From Candidatus Thermosaccharophagus tengchongensis (lineage in GTDB: Bacteria; Armatimonadota; Fervidibacteria; Fervidibacterales; Thermosaccharophagaceae): DNA of 64,000 nt. The notes under the pieces were generated by a model. That model saw nothing but the letters and a program-made list of their open reading frames with translations, ran no database searches and was not told where the DNA came from. Below, piece after piece: positions 10,090 to 20,171 of the stretch (its first letter is position 1; every line of letters begins with the position of its first letter). The stretch lies in NCBI GenBank assembly GCA_032161105.1, contig JAVHTD010000008.1. One strand, written 5' to 3'. A program made the position numbers and the translations under genes.

Positions 10090-11771
10090 CGGTAGATGAG
10101 CTTGACGAATTGCGCCAAACGGCAATGCGCCAGTGGGATGAGCTGCATTCAAAGCCGCATGTGACGGTCGGTAATGCCACATGCGGGCAAGGTGTTGGAG
10201 CGCTTGAGACACTCAATGCCATTCACGATTTCCTCACCGAGCGCGGTGTTGAGTGCGATGTGGTTGAGGTTGGTTGTATTGGCATGTGCTATGCCGAACC
10301 GATAATGAGCGTTTCGCTTCCCGGCATGCCCGCAGTCTTTTACGGCGAAGCCACGCCGGAGAGGGCTTGCGAGATACTTGAGCTGCATTTGCTCTCCAAA
10401 AAGCCAGTTGCTGAATATGCGCTCGGCACAGTTGGTGAGGGCTCCATTGATGGCATACCGAATTTGTTTGAGACGCCGATGATGAAGAAGCAAGTCAGGC
10501 GCTTGCTCTCACGCTGTGGATTTGTAGAGCCGACGAATTTGATGCATTACCTTGCCACCGGTGGATTTGATGGGCTTAAGAGGGCGCTCAGCATGGAACC
10601 ATCGCAAATCATAGATGAGTTGCGGCGTGCCGGGCTTCGTGGCAGAGGTGGCGTTGGCTTTCCGACATGGCGCAAGTGGTTGACATGCATTCAAACACCT
10701 TCGGACGAGAAGTTCGTGGTATGCAATGCTCATGAGGGCGACCCGGGGATATTCGTGAACAGGGTATTGCTTGAGAGCGATCCATACAGCGTGCTTGAGG
10801 GGCTTTTGATCGCCGGCTACACAGTCGGAGCTTCAAATGGGTTCATTTATTGCGGCGCCGAATACCCGCTCGCATTTGAGAGGTTGACGGCGGCGATAAA
10901 GGCTCTTGAGGGGGTTGGGCTGCTTGGGGACGACATACTCGGAAGCGGCTTCAGCTTCAGAGTGTGGCTTGTTAAGGGCGCTGGCGCATATGTGTGTGGC
11001 GAGGAGACGGCGCTCATCGCTTCAATTGAGGGTGAGCGTGGCATGCCGCGTGCTCGCCCGCCATTCCCGGCTGCAAAGGGTCTTTGGGATAAGCCGACGG
11101 TCGTCAACAATGTTGAGACACTCGCATATGTCCCTCACATACTCCGTCACGGAGCCGAATGGTTTGCCGAGTATGGAACTGAGAGGAGCAAAGGCACAAA
11201 GGCATTCTCGCTCACCGGGAAGGTTGAGCGCCCCGGTGTGATTGAAGTCCCGCTCGGGATGACCTTGAGGGAGATAATCAGTGAGTTAGGCGGTGGCTCT
11301 TCAACCGAGAAGCGAATTAAAGCCGTTCAAATTGGCGGTCCAGGTGGAGGGTGCATACCGGAAAGCATGTTTGACTTGCCCGTGGATTACGAATCGCTTG
11401 CTCCGACTGGCGCAATGATGGGTGCCGGAGGGATAGTCGTCATGGATGAGGACACCTGCATGGTTGACATGGCTCGCCATCTCATTCAATTCTCGCAGTG
11501 TGAGTCTTGTGGCAAGTGCGTCCCATGCAGGCTTGGCACGAAACAGATGCTTGCCATACTTGAGGGCATAACAGAGGGCAATGGCAATGAGAGCGACATT
11601 GTGCTGCTTGAGGAGATTGCGGATGCCATGAAGGTTGGGTCGCTATGCGGTCTCGGGCAAGCTGCGCCAAACCCGGTGCTCACAACTATCCGTCACTTCA
11701 GAGATGAATATGAGGAACACATAAGGTTGCATCGCTGTCGCGCCGGCGTCTGCAAAGCTTTATCAAGTTAG
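10086..11771 (+). CDS. NuoF/HydB-like flavoprotein subunit 2, with N-terminal thioredoxin-like Cys domain and no C-terminal ferredoxin domain
   Basis: GNATCG..VGCIGMC..EP, GLRGRGGVGFPT, NAHEGDPGIFVNR, GAYVCGEET, ESCGKCVPCR. ATGA overlap with the nuoE-like gene. Confidence 0.9.
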   Translation: MTVDELDELRQTAMRQWDELHSKPHVTVGNATCGQGVGALETLNAIHDFLTERGVECDVVEVGCIGMCYAEPIMSVSLPGMPAVFYGEATPERACEILELHLLSKKPVAEYALGTVGEGSIDGIPNLFETPMMKKQVRRLLSRCGFVEPTNLMHYLATGGFDGLKRALSMEPSQIIDELRRAGLRGRGGVGFPTWRKWLTCIQTPSDEKFVVCNAHEGDPGIFVNRVLLESDPYSVLEGLLIAGYTVGASNGFIYCGAEYPLAFERLTAAIKALEGVGLLGDDILGSGFSFRVWLVKGAGAYVCGEETALIASIEGERGMPRARPPFPAAKGLWDKPTVVNNVETLAYVPHILRHGAEWFAEYGTERSKGTKAFSLTGKVERPGVIEVPLGMTLREIISELGGGSSTEKRIKAVQIGGPGGGCIPESMFDLPVDYESLAPTGAMMGAGGIVVMDEDTCMVDMARHLIQFSQCESCGKCVPCRLGTKQMLAILEGITEGNGNESDIVLLEEIADAMKVGSLCGLGQAAPNPVLTTIRHFRDEYEEHIRLHRCRAGVCKALSS

Positions 11772-11841
11772 CGCAGCTTGGCTGGATGAGAGGGTGTATC
11801 TCATCTACATCTGAGTTGAATGGTGAAGGAGGTAGCAGGAT

Positions 11842-14505
11842 ATGCCTGTGATTTACATCAACGGCTCTGAGATAAGAGCGAAGGAAGATGCGACAATACT
11901 GCGAACAGCGCTTGATGCCGGCATTTACATACCACACCTTTGCTATCACCCCGACTTGAAGCCAGCTGGAAATTGCAGGTTGTGCCTCGTGGAGGTGGAG
12001 GGGAGGGGAATTGTGGCATCGTGTCAAGCACAAGTTGAAGATGGCATGAAAGTTTGGACTGAGACACCGACGGTGCAAAAGGCGCGCCAAATCTCGCTTG
12101 AGTTGCTGCTCGCAAATCATCATGGCGACTGCCTCTCCTGTCCAAAGAACAACGAATGCAAGCTCCAAGAGGTCGCCTCATACATCGGCATCAGTGAAGA
12201 GAGGTTCAAACAGCTGCGCATGCTTGTGCCGCAGTTCCCGATTGACGAAAGCAACCCTTTCTTCATGCGAGACCCAAACAGGTGTGTGCTGTGCGGGATA
12301 TGCGTTAGGACATGCGACGAGATACAGGGCGTTGGCGCAATAAACTACGCCTTCAGGGGCTTCGCCACAACCATTTCCACATTTGGGAACAAACCCATCG
12401 TTGAATCAGCTTGCGAATCATGCGGTGAATGCGTCGTTAGGTGTCCGACCGGCGCACTCGTCCCGAAGGACTACCTCAAGCCGGCGAGGGAGGTTAAGAG
12501 CGTCTGCACATACTGTGCTGTCGGATGCTCAATCTATCTTGGCGTGCGCGGGAATGAAATTGTATCCGTCCGTGGTGACAGAGAAAGCCCAGTGAATGAA
12601 GGGCAGCTCTGTGTCAAGGGGCGATTCGGGTTCAGATTTGTCAACAGCCCGGATAGGTTGAAGAAGCCCTTGGTGAAGCGCAACGGTGAGTTCATTGAAG
12701 CCTCTTGGGATGAGGCGCTTGATTTGGTGGCGAGCAAATTCTCGCAATACAAGGGTGACTGCTTTGCTGCCATCAGCTCATCGCGTTGCACGAATGAGGA
12801 AAATTACCTCGTTCAAAAGTTTGCGAGGGCAGTCATGCAGACGAACAATGTTGATAACTGCGCAAGGCTATGCCATGCTCCGACTGCCGCCGGTCTTAGC
12901 ATTGCGTTTGGGACTGGTGCGGGCACATCGCCGATAAGCGACATAGATGGTGCCTCATGCATCTTCGTTATAGGTTCAAACACAACTGTAGCTCATCCAG
13001 TTGCCGGGACAAGGATTCGCAGGGCTGTCAGGAATGGTGCAACCCTGATTGTTGCAGACCCGAGGAAGATTGAGCTTTGCAACCGTGCGCACATTTGGCT
13101 TCAACATTATCCCGGAAGTGATGTGGCTCTCATCATGGGCATGGCGAGGGTCATCTATGAGCAAGGGCTGCACGATGAGGAATTCATTCGCGAGCGGTGC
13201 GAGAATTTTGAGGCGTTCGTTGAGTCGTTGAAGCAGTTTGAGCTCGGATTTGTGGAGGAGGTCACGGGAGTCCCGAGGGAGAAGATAATTCAAGCGGCAA
13301 CCCTCTACGCCACAAGGAAGCCATCTCTCATCATCTACTCACTCGGTATAACCGAGCATTCGCATGGGACTGAAAATGTGCTTGCGCTCGCAAACTTGGC
13401 TATGCTCACCGGCAATGTTGGAAAGCCATACGCCGGTGTGATGCCGATGCGTGGTCAGAACAATGTTCAAGGAGCATGCGATATGGGTTGCATGCCAGCA
13501 GCGCTGCCCGGCTATCAGCCGTTGACGGATGATAATGTGCGGGGGAAATTTGAGGATGCTTGGGGATGCAAGTTGAGCGACAAGCCCGGGTTGACGCTCG
13601 TTGAGATGTTACGGGGGGCATTAAGCGGCACGGTGAAGGCGTTTTACATTGTCGGCATGGATGTAGCATATAGCATGCCGAACGCAGCCATTGTTTGGGA
13701 AGCGCTTAGAAGAGCTGAGTTCGTCGTTGTGCAGGATATCTTCATGACTGGCACAGCCGAGTTTGCTCATGTCATCCTTCCGGGGGCGAGCTTCGCTGAG
13801 AAGGATGGCACATTCGTCAACCTTGAAAGGCGAGTTCAGCTCATCAGGAAGGCGATTGAGCCAGTTGGCGATGCCCGTCCCGACTGGTGGATAACATGCG
13901 AGATAGCAAAGCGCATGGGCGCAAGTGGATTTGATTATTCACACCCGTCAGAGGTGATGGACGAGATAGCGAAGTTGACGCCATCGTTTGCCGGGATATC
14001 GTTTGAGCGGCTTGAGAAGGGCGGAATACAGTGGCCGTGCACATCGTATGACCATCCGGGCACATTGAGATTGCATACCGAGACATTCAGCACGCCGACT
14101 GGCAAGGGGCGTTTCTCACCGCTGAAATACAGACCGCCGGCTGAATCGCCAGATGATGAATACCCGCTCATCCTGACCACGGGAAGAAGCCTTTACCACT
14201 TCCACCTTGCGATGACGAGGCGAGTCAAAGGCTTAGTGGCTCTTCACCCCGAGGAACGGATATGGCTAAACCCGCATGATGCACGCAAGTTGGGCATATC
14301 TGATGGCGACAGGGTTAAAGTCATCTCAAGGCGCGGCGAAGTTTTGACGAGGGCGAAGGTGACCGAGGAGGTGGCTCCGGGAACAGCGTTCATGACATTT
14401 CACTTTTATGAGACTCCCACGAATCTCCTTACGGGCGATGCATTATGCCCCATCGCGAAGACGCCAGAATTTAAAGTGACGGCAGTGAGGGTTGAAAAGG
14501 TCTGA
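11842..14505 (+). CDS. fdhA: formate dehydrogenase alpha subunit (Mo/W-bis-PGD, Cys-ligated) with NuoG-like N-terminal Fe-S domains
   Basis: N-terminal 2Fe-2S, HxxxCxxCxxxxxC and 2x[4Fe-4S] motifs; CTYCAVGC; active-site DNCARLCHAPT and RGQNNVQG; C-terminal PEFK. Confidence 0.93.
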   Translation: MPVIYINGSEIRAKEDATILRTALDAGIYIPHLCYHPDLKPAGNCRLCLVEVEGRGIVASCQAQVEDGMKVWTETPTVQKARQISLELLLANHHGDCLSCPKNNECKLQEVASYIGISEERFKQLRMLVPQFPIDESNPFFMRDPNRCVLCGICVRTCDEIQGVGAINYAFRGFATTISTFGNKPIVESACESCGECVVRCPTGALVPKDYLKPAREVKSVCTYCAVGCSIYLGVRGNEIVSVRGDRESPVNEGQLCVKGRFGFRFVNSPDRLKKPLVKRNGEFIEASWDEALDLVASKFSQYKGDCFAAISSSRCTNEENYLVQKFARAVMQTNNVDNCARLCHAPTAAGLSIAFGTGAGTSPISDIDGASCIFVIGSNTTVAHPVAGTRIRRAVRNGATLIVADPRKIELCNRAHIWLQHYPGSDVALIMGMARVIYEQGLHDEEFIRERCENFEAFVESLKQFELGFVEEVTGVPREKIIQAATLYATRKPSLIIYSLGITEHSHGTENVLALANLAMLTGNVGKPYAGVMPMRGQNNVQGACDMGCMPAALPGYQPLTDDNVRGKFEDAWGCKLSDKPGLTLVEMLRGALSGTVKAFYIVGMDVAYSMPNAAIVWEALRRAEFVVVQDIFMTGTAEFAHVILPGASFAEKDGTFVNLERRVQLIRKAIEPVGDARPDWWITCEIAKRMGASGFDYSHPSEVMDEIAKLTPSFAGISFERLEKGGIQWPCTSYDHPGTLRLHTETFSTPTGKGRFSPLKYRPPAESPDDEYPLILTTGRSLYHFHLAMTRRVKGLVALHPEERIWLNPHDARKLGISDGDRVKVISRRGEVLTRAKVTEEVAPGTAFMTFHFYETPTNLLTGDALCPIAKTPEFKVTAVRVEKV

Positions 14506-14617
14506 AGAGTTGCCGCTGGTAAAGCCGGCGTGCAAGATTTAAGAGTAAGGCAGCCCGAGCTTTGTGCGCAGGGGATGACATTGTGCCGTTGTGGTTTACA
14601 TAAGGGGTGATACAAGC

Positions 14618-15517
14618 ATGCTTAGCGCTATCAAGGGGCGATGTTTCCCCATGTGGCTGTCATGCGTGATGCTCGCATGTGTGGCAGTTTGGTCTGCGTC
14701 CCCGCAGTCTGAGCAGGTCGGCAAGCAAAGCGGCATTGTGTTGCGTTACAAGAGCAGGGTGGGAGATTTGATGCGTTATAGGTCATGGTTTCGCATGCGC
14801 GCTATTGGGGTGAGCGATGGGGAGACTAAGTTGCGCACAACTTTTAGCTATGAGGCGATATACGCCCATGCGGTGAGTTCGGTCTCACCAGATGGGACAT
14901 TTGAGATGGAGACCACAAGGGAGTCTGGAAAAGTGCAGCGCGATGGTCGTGAGGAAGATTTGAGCGGGAAGCCATACAAGCGCATTGTGAGAATGAATGA
15001 CAGGGGCAAAGTGCTTGAGGAAAGGGTTGTTGAGGGCGAGGAGCGCGAGGACGAAAGTAAATTTGCCGACCCAATAGTGCTGATGGATGAAGTCCACTCA
15101 AGGGCTGTCCAGAACATAGCTTTTCCTGAGGGCGCTGTGAACAAAGGGACGGAGTGGACGACAGCATTAACGGAGCGCATTGCTAACTCGGTTGTGAACA
15201 TAACCATCAAGTCAAAGGTGGTTGACTTCGTTGAGCTTGATGGGCACAAGTGCGCTGTCATTGAATCGGAAATAAGCGCCCCTGTGGACATGTCGGTGAG
15301 GGTTGGCGAGTTTGACATAAAGCTTGATGGCGAGTTTAAGGCGTGGACAACGCTCCACTTTGATTACGAGAGGGGTATTGAAGTGCTTTCAGAGGACCAA
15401 ATTCGCGCTGTCATCAACCAAACAGCGCGAGCACAAGGCGGGAGCGTGAACTTACAATTCAAAGTGGCGGCAAATGCAAAATCAGTGCTGCTCAGTTATA
15501 GGGCAGCCGGCAAGTAA
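14618..15517 (+). CDS. hypothetical exported protein (beta-rich)
   Basis: Long ORF, RBS AGGGGTGA before ATG 14618, hydrophobic signal-like segment. No family recognised with confidence. Confidence 0.65.
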   Translation: MLSAIKGRCFPMWLSCVMLACVAVWSASPQSEQVGKQSGIVLRYKSRVGDLMRYRSWFRMRAIGVSDGETKLRTTFSYEAIYAHAVSSVSPDGTFEMETTRESGKVQRDGREEDLSGKPYKRIVRMNDRGKVLEERVVEGEEREDESKFADPIVLMDEVHSRAVQNIAFPEGAVNKGTEWTTALTERIANSVVNITIKSKVVDFVELDGHKCAVIESEISAPVDMSVRVGEFDIKLDGEFKAWTTLHFDYERGIEVLSEDQIRAVINQTARAQGGSVNLQFKVAANAKSVLLSYRAAGK

Positions 15518-15589
15518 GCTTTTTGAAAACCATCATTTGGCTTCCGGGAAAACTATTCGGGCACATCTTGAAAAGGAGGTTGCAAACTA

Positions 15590-16372
15590 ATGGGTGAACT
15601 CAGGGTGGGCACATCTGGCTACCAGTATGACGATTGGGTCGGATACTTCTATCCACAGGGTTTGCCGAAGCGTGAGTGGCTCAACTTCTACGCACGCCAC
15701 TTCAACACGGTTGAAGTGAATAGCTCGTTTTACACGATGCTCCCACCATCAACGACGGCTCGGCTGGCGAAAAAAGTTCCCGATGGATTTGACTTTGTCA
15801 TAAAGGCTCACAGGTCTTTCACGCATGACAGGAATGCCGATGAAGCTATGGTGCAAGATTTTCATGAAATGCTCAAGCCGTTAGCTGAGTCGGGCAAGCT
15901 TGGATGTGTGTTGCTCCAATTCCCGTGGGAGTTCAGATACGACCAATCCAATCGCGATTACCTGATAAGCGTTTGTCACGCCCTCGCCGATTACCCATTG
16001 GTGGTTGAGTTCCGCAATATTGGCTGGATAAGGGATGAGGTGTTTGACTTCCTGCGGGATTGGAACATAGGCTTCTGCTGCGTTGATGAGCCGAGGCTTA
16101 AGGGCTTGATACCGCCTATAGCTGTGGCTACTTCCGATGTCGCCTATGTGCGCTTCCACGGGCGAAACAAGGAGAAGTGGTGGCAGCACGAGCAGCCTTG
16201 GGAGAGGTATGACTACCTTTACACCGAGGATGAGCTGAGTGAGTGGGTTCCGAAGATACAAAGCCTATTGAGCAACTCCGAGCGATGCTATGTCTTTTTC
16301 AACAACCATTACCAGGGCAAGGCAGCCGTAAACGCACAGATGCTCCTCAAGTTGATGGGCAACAGCGGGTGA
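15590..16372 (+). CDS. DUF72 (YecE-like) domain protein
   Basis: VGTSGY.Y.DW.G.FYP, FNTVEVNSSFY, LLQFP, VEFR, YVRFHGR, YDYLY, FFNNH. Confidence 0.93.
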   Translation: MGELRVGTSGYQYDDWVGYFYPQGLPKREWLNFYARHFNTVEVNSSFYTMLPPSTTARLAKKVPDGFDFVIKAHRSFTHDRNADEAMVQDFHEMLKPLAESGKLGCVLLQFPWEFRYDQSNRDYLISVCHALADYPLVVEFRNIGWIRDEVFDFLRDWNIGFCCVDEPRLKGLIPPIAVATSDVAYVRFHGRNKEKWWQHEQPWERYDYLYTEDELSEWVPKIQSLLSNSERCYVFFNNHYQGKAAVNAQMLLKLMGNSG

Positions 16373-16376
16373 TGGG

Positions 16377-17027
16377 ATGAGTGTGAGTGAGTTGTTAAGC
16401 CGCTTGCAAGTCACTCTCCAACAAATACGCTCGCAGTTGGATGAGATTGATCAGCTGCGTGAGAAGTGTTTTGAGTTGTCTCGCAAGCTGGTAAGACAAT
16501 GCAGCACCGCGATAAAGCATGTCCATCGTGGTGAGCGTTCTGAGGCGGAAGTTGCATTGCGGGAAGCCGGCGCTATGGCGAGTGAGCTCTCCGAAATTGC
16601 GTCAGTGCATCCAGAAGTGTCCTCATGGGGCTTTGTGCAGGATGCGCAGCGTGAGTTTGCTGAGGCAGCGTTATTCTTTGCCATAGCCTTGGGGGATGTG
16701 CTGCCCGCGCTGGATGATTTGAAAGTCACCGGCGTGGCATACATTAACGGGCTCGCCGAAGCAATGGGCGAGTTGCGCAGGCTCATTTTGAGCAAGCTTG
16801 GTGATGGCGATGTTGAATCGGCAAGGGAATTGGTGAGCATTATGGAGAGTGTTTACTACGAGCTGCTCCCGTTTGACCATCCGGATGCCATCACGCTCGG
16901 CTTGAGAAGGCGTGTTGATCAGCTGCGCCACTCGCTTGAAAGGACGAAGGAAGACCTAACACTCACATTGCAATGCGCCGCACTTTTGCAATCGCTCAAG
17001 CGCACCGCATCCGGTGGCGCTCACTAA
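16377..17027 (+). CDS. translin/TRAX family protein
   Basis: RE....SR..VR.CS.AI..VHRG, QREFAEA, YINGLAEAMGELRR and LRRRVD motifs match the prokaryotic translin-like pattern. Confidence 0.82.
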   Translation: MSVSELLSRLQVTLQQIRSQLDEIDQLREKCFELSRKLVRQCSTAIKHVHRGERSEAEVALREAGAMASELSEIASVHPEVSSWGFVQDAQREFAEAALFFAIALGDVLPALDDLKVTGVAYINGLAEAMGELRRLILSKLGDGDVESARELVSIMESVYYELLPFDHPDAITLGLRRRVDQLRHSLERTKEDLTLTLQCAALLQSLKRTASGGAH

Positions 17028-17062
17028 CATGGCTTCAATTTGTCAGCTCATGCGAGCTGCCC

Positions 17063-17935
17063 CTATAGCGTTATACGCATGCCGTCGTAAGCCACCAGCA
17101 CTCCCTTCCTTCCGAGCTCCGCAGCAATGATGTGGTGTGGCGGTGTCCAGTGGGGCGAAATGTGAGTCAGGATGAACGGGGCATTGTCTTTGAGCATGCC
17201 CTCTGCAAGCATCCTTCGGCGCAACACCAGCGCAGCTTGAATGTTCATGTGCTCCTTAGTCGGCGCATCCACTCCGTATGTGGCATCAACTATTGCAGCA
17301 TCAAACTGGAACTGGCGCATGTATGACAGCGTTTCCTCGCCCGGAAAACCTGTATCAACCGCATACAGCAGCCACTTGCCAAATCTGCAGATGGCGAATA
17401 TGAGTGCATCTTCACTCCCGATACAATGGGCAGCTGGCATCGGATGCACAACTGTAACCTCATCAATTTGGTGTGGCTCAAATGGCTTCAACTTGATGAG
17501 CCTCACCTTTAAGTCGTGCTTTTGTTGTTCGGCGAGCCATTGCCGGACAAGCATTAATGGGCGTTCATTGCCGCATATCGTGAGTTCGGTGAGCGCCGTG
17601 ACCGGCTTCTTCGGTTTATAAGTTCGGTGCGCTGCCCATATGTTTGCGCGCCTTGAGTAGAGCAGTGTAGGGGATAGGTGGTCCGGGTGTGAGTGCGTGA
17701 TGAGCAATGTCTTGAGGTTCGTCAAGTTGATGCCGTGACGCATCGCCGACGAAATCACATCGGGTGGGCAGTCAATGAGCAAGTCGTCACAGATGAGCGC
17801 ACATGAAAATGAGCGCAGGTCGTTGCCGCCGTGGGCGCGTGCGGCATCGCAATTTTCGCAATTGCAAAATGGAGCCGGGTAAAGGTCCGCTGAGGCGGTC
17901 CCGAGGAGTGTAACGACCATCGTTTGGCAATCCAT
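17063..17935 (-). CDS. MBL-fold metallo-hydrolase (PhnP-like)
   Basis: LLGT, P.PFCNCENC..AR zinc motif, ITHSHPDH, DTG, DAT, THIS. Confidence 0.85.
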   Translation of the reverse strand: MDCQTMVVTLLGTASADLYPAPFCNCENCDAARAHGGNDLRSFSCALICDDLLIDCPPDVISSAMRHGINLTNLKTLLITHSHPDHLSPTLLYSRRANIWAAHRTYKPKKPVTALTELTICGNERPLMLVRQWLAEQQKHDLKVRLIKLKPFEPHQIDEVTVVHPMPAAHCIGSEDALIFAICRFGKWLLYAVDTGFPGEETLSYMRQFQFDAAIVDATYGVDAPTKEHMNIQAALVLRRRMLAEGMLKDNAPFILTHISPHWTPPHHIIAAELGRKGVLVAYDGMRITL

Positions 17936-17952
17936 CCTTAGCACCGTCCCAT

Positions 17953-20109
17953 TTAAGTCAACCCTCTCCATCTGCGAATGAGCCATTCAAACGAAAGCAA
18001 AGCCAACACGGCAAGGTATAGCCACGGGAGCGTGTTAAGCCTCCTCGCGGAGACCTCGGCTTGTTTCAGTTTTTTCGCGACCCTCCCCGCTGCAAACTTT
18101 AAAGCCTCATCCGGTGTTAGGAGCTTGCAATTGAGTTTTTCCGATAATGTGCGAAGTGCTATCTCGTTGCGCCCAACACGCATTCGCTCGCTCAGCTGCA
18201 TTGCAGTCACTACCGATGCGCGGTTGCCATTCATCCCGAGTGGCTTAAGCGTCCATGTCCCAGCTTTGTCAAGCCGCACGCGCCCAATGTAGACGCTGCC
18301 ATGCCTGTCCAGATTAAATGTCGCTTGACTGCCGTCCTCATGAGTTGCTTCCACTTTGATTTCGCTTGGTTGCCCCGAAGCCGGTCCACCGTGCCAGACA
18401 GCTCGCACAGTTAGGGTTTCTTTCACATCCGTGAGCGTCTTATCCGGTGTCAGAGTCACCCAGTTATCAACGAGTGGTGATGGCATACACCTTACAATGC
18501 CTTGCCAGAACTTCAAGAACTCAGTGGGCTGTGCTGAGCGCCTTGCTGCGTCCATCCACCATCGCCATGTATCAAATGGGGCGAAGACCATCACCTTACC
18601 GGCACCATAACGATGCCAAACGAGTGCTGCATCGTTGCTAACTGCAGCACCATCGTATCTGAGGAGGATTTGCGATGCCCCTTTTGGTCTCCCGAGGATG
18701 ACGCCATATTTAAGCTTTGGGAGACCCTTCCAAAGGCGCTTTGATGTTTCCTCTCCAAAGCCCATGTTTATCGCCGGGCACTTTAAACCGATGCCTGTGG
18801 GCATTAGCGAAAAGTCAGCAGTTAAAAAATTGCCTTTAGATGGCTCAACCGGAAGCAGCTGCATCAATGTCCTGTCCCTTGAGTTGAGCAAGCTCCTATC
18901 GCCGCCGAGTATGAGCAATGTCCCGCCACGCTCGCCAACATACCATGCAAGCTCATCAATCGCCCTCGGTGGAAGTGAGCTTGCATCAATGTTCCCAACG
19001 ATGACTATGTCAAACTTGTTCAGCGTTGCCCTATCAATGCTCAGCCTGAGCACCTGTTCGCCGCTTACTAAATCACCTTGCGCCAAGAAGCCGGCTCCAT
19101 CCCTCTCGCTGAGCGAGAGAAGCTCAATTGCGCCATCGCTCTCAAGTGCTCTTTTAATGAACTTGAACTCAGGGTTTGGTGAGCCGGCGATGAAAAGTGC
19201 CCTTACATTGCGCTCAACCGTCCTTATGAATGCCATTGCCCTGTTATCCTCGGTGAGTTGCTCATGCTCACCGGGTGTGCAACTCGCTGTAATCACATGT
19301 TCACCAGGCGGTGTGGAGAGGGTCAACTCAAATGTTTTTCTCGCATCGTGCCTCGTCAGCGCCAATCGGCTTTGATGTATTCGCCTCCCGTCAAGCGAGA
19401 CAGTTAGTTCGCCACTATAGCTTTCACCGCTCGCTAACCTAACTGAGCATCGGACTGATACCGTGCTCTTTGGGAAAGTGAGGATAAATCGCGGTGTCAC
19501 CTCAACTGAAACGCTTTGTGCCTCCCCCTTGCCGACGCCAACGATTGCCCAATTGCCGCCGATTGATAAATTGCCGATGGCACTTATAGCTGTTGATAGC
19601 CTATCGGAATCGGCATCTTGACCATCCGTGAGCACGATCACGATGGGTTCATCGCTGTTGCCAATTCGCTGGGCAAATGTAAGCATGTTGGCAACAAGCC
19701 TTGTTTGCTCATCGGCGAACTTGAGTGAGTTCAGTTCATCCAGGTTGACCTCACGGAGGAATTCCCCGAATGCCCAAATGTGTATGTCCGATGGCTCAAC
19801 TATCTTCCCCAACTTACGCGTCATTGTTTTTAGCACACTCATTGCCTCATCATCAGCTCCGCTCAAGCGCATGCTCAGTGAGGTATCAACAAGTATGTGA
19901 ATGGCGGGGTTATACGAACGCCAATGCTTAACGGTCAGCTCAATCGGGGATAGCAGCAGCCAAAGGAGCACAATGGCTAACATGCGCAAGAATAGCGCTA
20001 TAAGCCATCCCTTGCTGCGCCATCTTCGGCGCTCACTCAGGTATGCATACACTGAAAGCATGGCAACCGCAAGCAGAATGGTTTTAAGCATCATGAAGCG
20101 CTTCACCAT
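17953..20109 (-). CDS. membrane protein with vWA and glutamine-amidotransferase-like domains
   Basis: N-terminal TMs, vWA DTSLSM and VLTDG, EFKFIKRAL, G.G.V...DTWRW, C-terminal EWLIRR. Confidence 0.75.
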   Translation of the reverse strand: MVKRFMMLKTILLAVAMLSVYAYLSERRRWRSKGWLIALFLRMLAIVLLWLLLSPIELTVKHWRSYNPAIHILVDTSLSMRLSGADDEAMSVLKTMTRKLGKIVEPSDIHIWAFGEFLREVNLDELNSLKFADEQTRLVANMLTFAQRIGNSDEPIVIVLTDGQDADSDRLSTAISAIGNLSIGGNWAIVGVGKGEAQSVSVEVTPRFILTFPKSTVSVRCSVRLASGESYSGELTVSLDGRRIHQSRLALTRHDARKTFELTLSTPPGEHVITASCTPGEHEQLTEDNRAMAFIRTVERNVRALFIAGSPNPEFKFIKRALESDGAIELLSLSERDGAGFLAQGDLVSGEQVLRLSIDRATLNKFDIVIVGNIDASSLPPRAIDELAWYVGERGGTLLILGGDRSLLNSRDRTLMQLLPVEPSKGNFLTADFSLMPTGIGLKCPAINMGFGEETSKRLWKGLPKLKYGVILGRPKGASQILLRYDGAAVSNDAALVWHRYGAGKVMVFAPFDTWRWWMDAARRSAQPTEFLKFWQGIVRCMPSPLVDNWVTLTPDKTLTDVKETLTVRAVWHGGPASGQPSEIKVEATHEDGSQATFNLDRHGSVYIGRVRLDKAGTWTLKPLGMNGNRASVVTAMQLSERMRVGRNEIALRTLSEKLNCKLLTPDEALKFAAGRVAKKLKQAEVSARRLNTLPWLYLAVLALLSFEWLIRRWRGLT

Positions 20110-20171
20110 CCAGTGCGCATCTCATTCAAGTCGGCAATATCATGATCCAGCAGATGGCTGCATGAGGGTGC

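Noticed and set aside
12850..12880. Selenocysteine in FdhA
   Set aside because: The active-site codon is TGC (Cys) and the ORF has no in-frame TGA.
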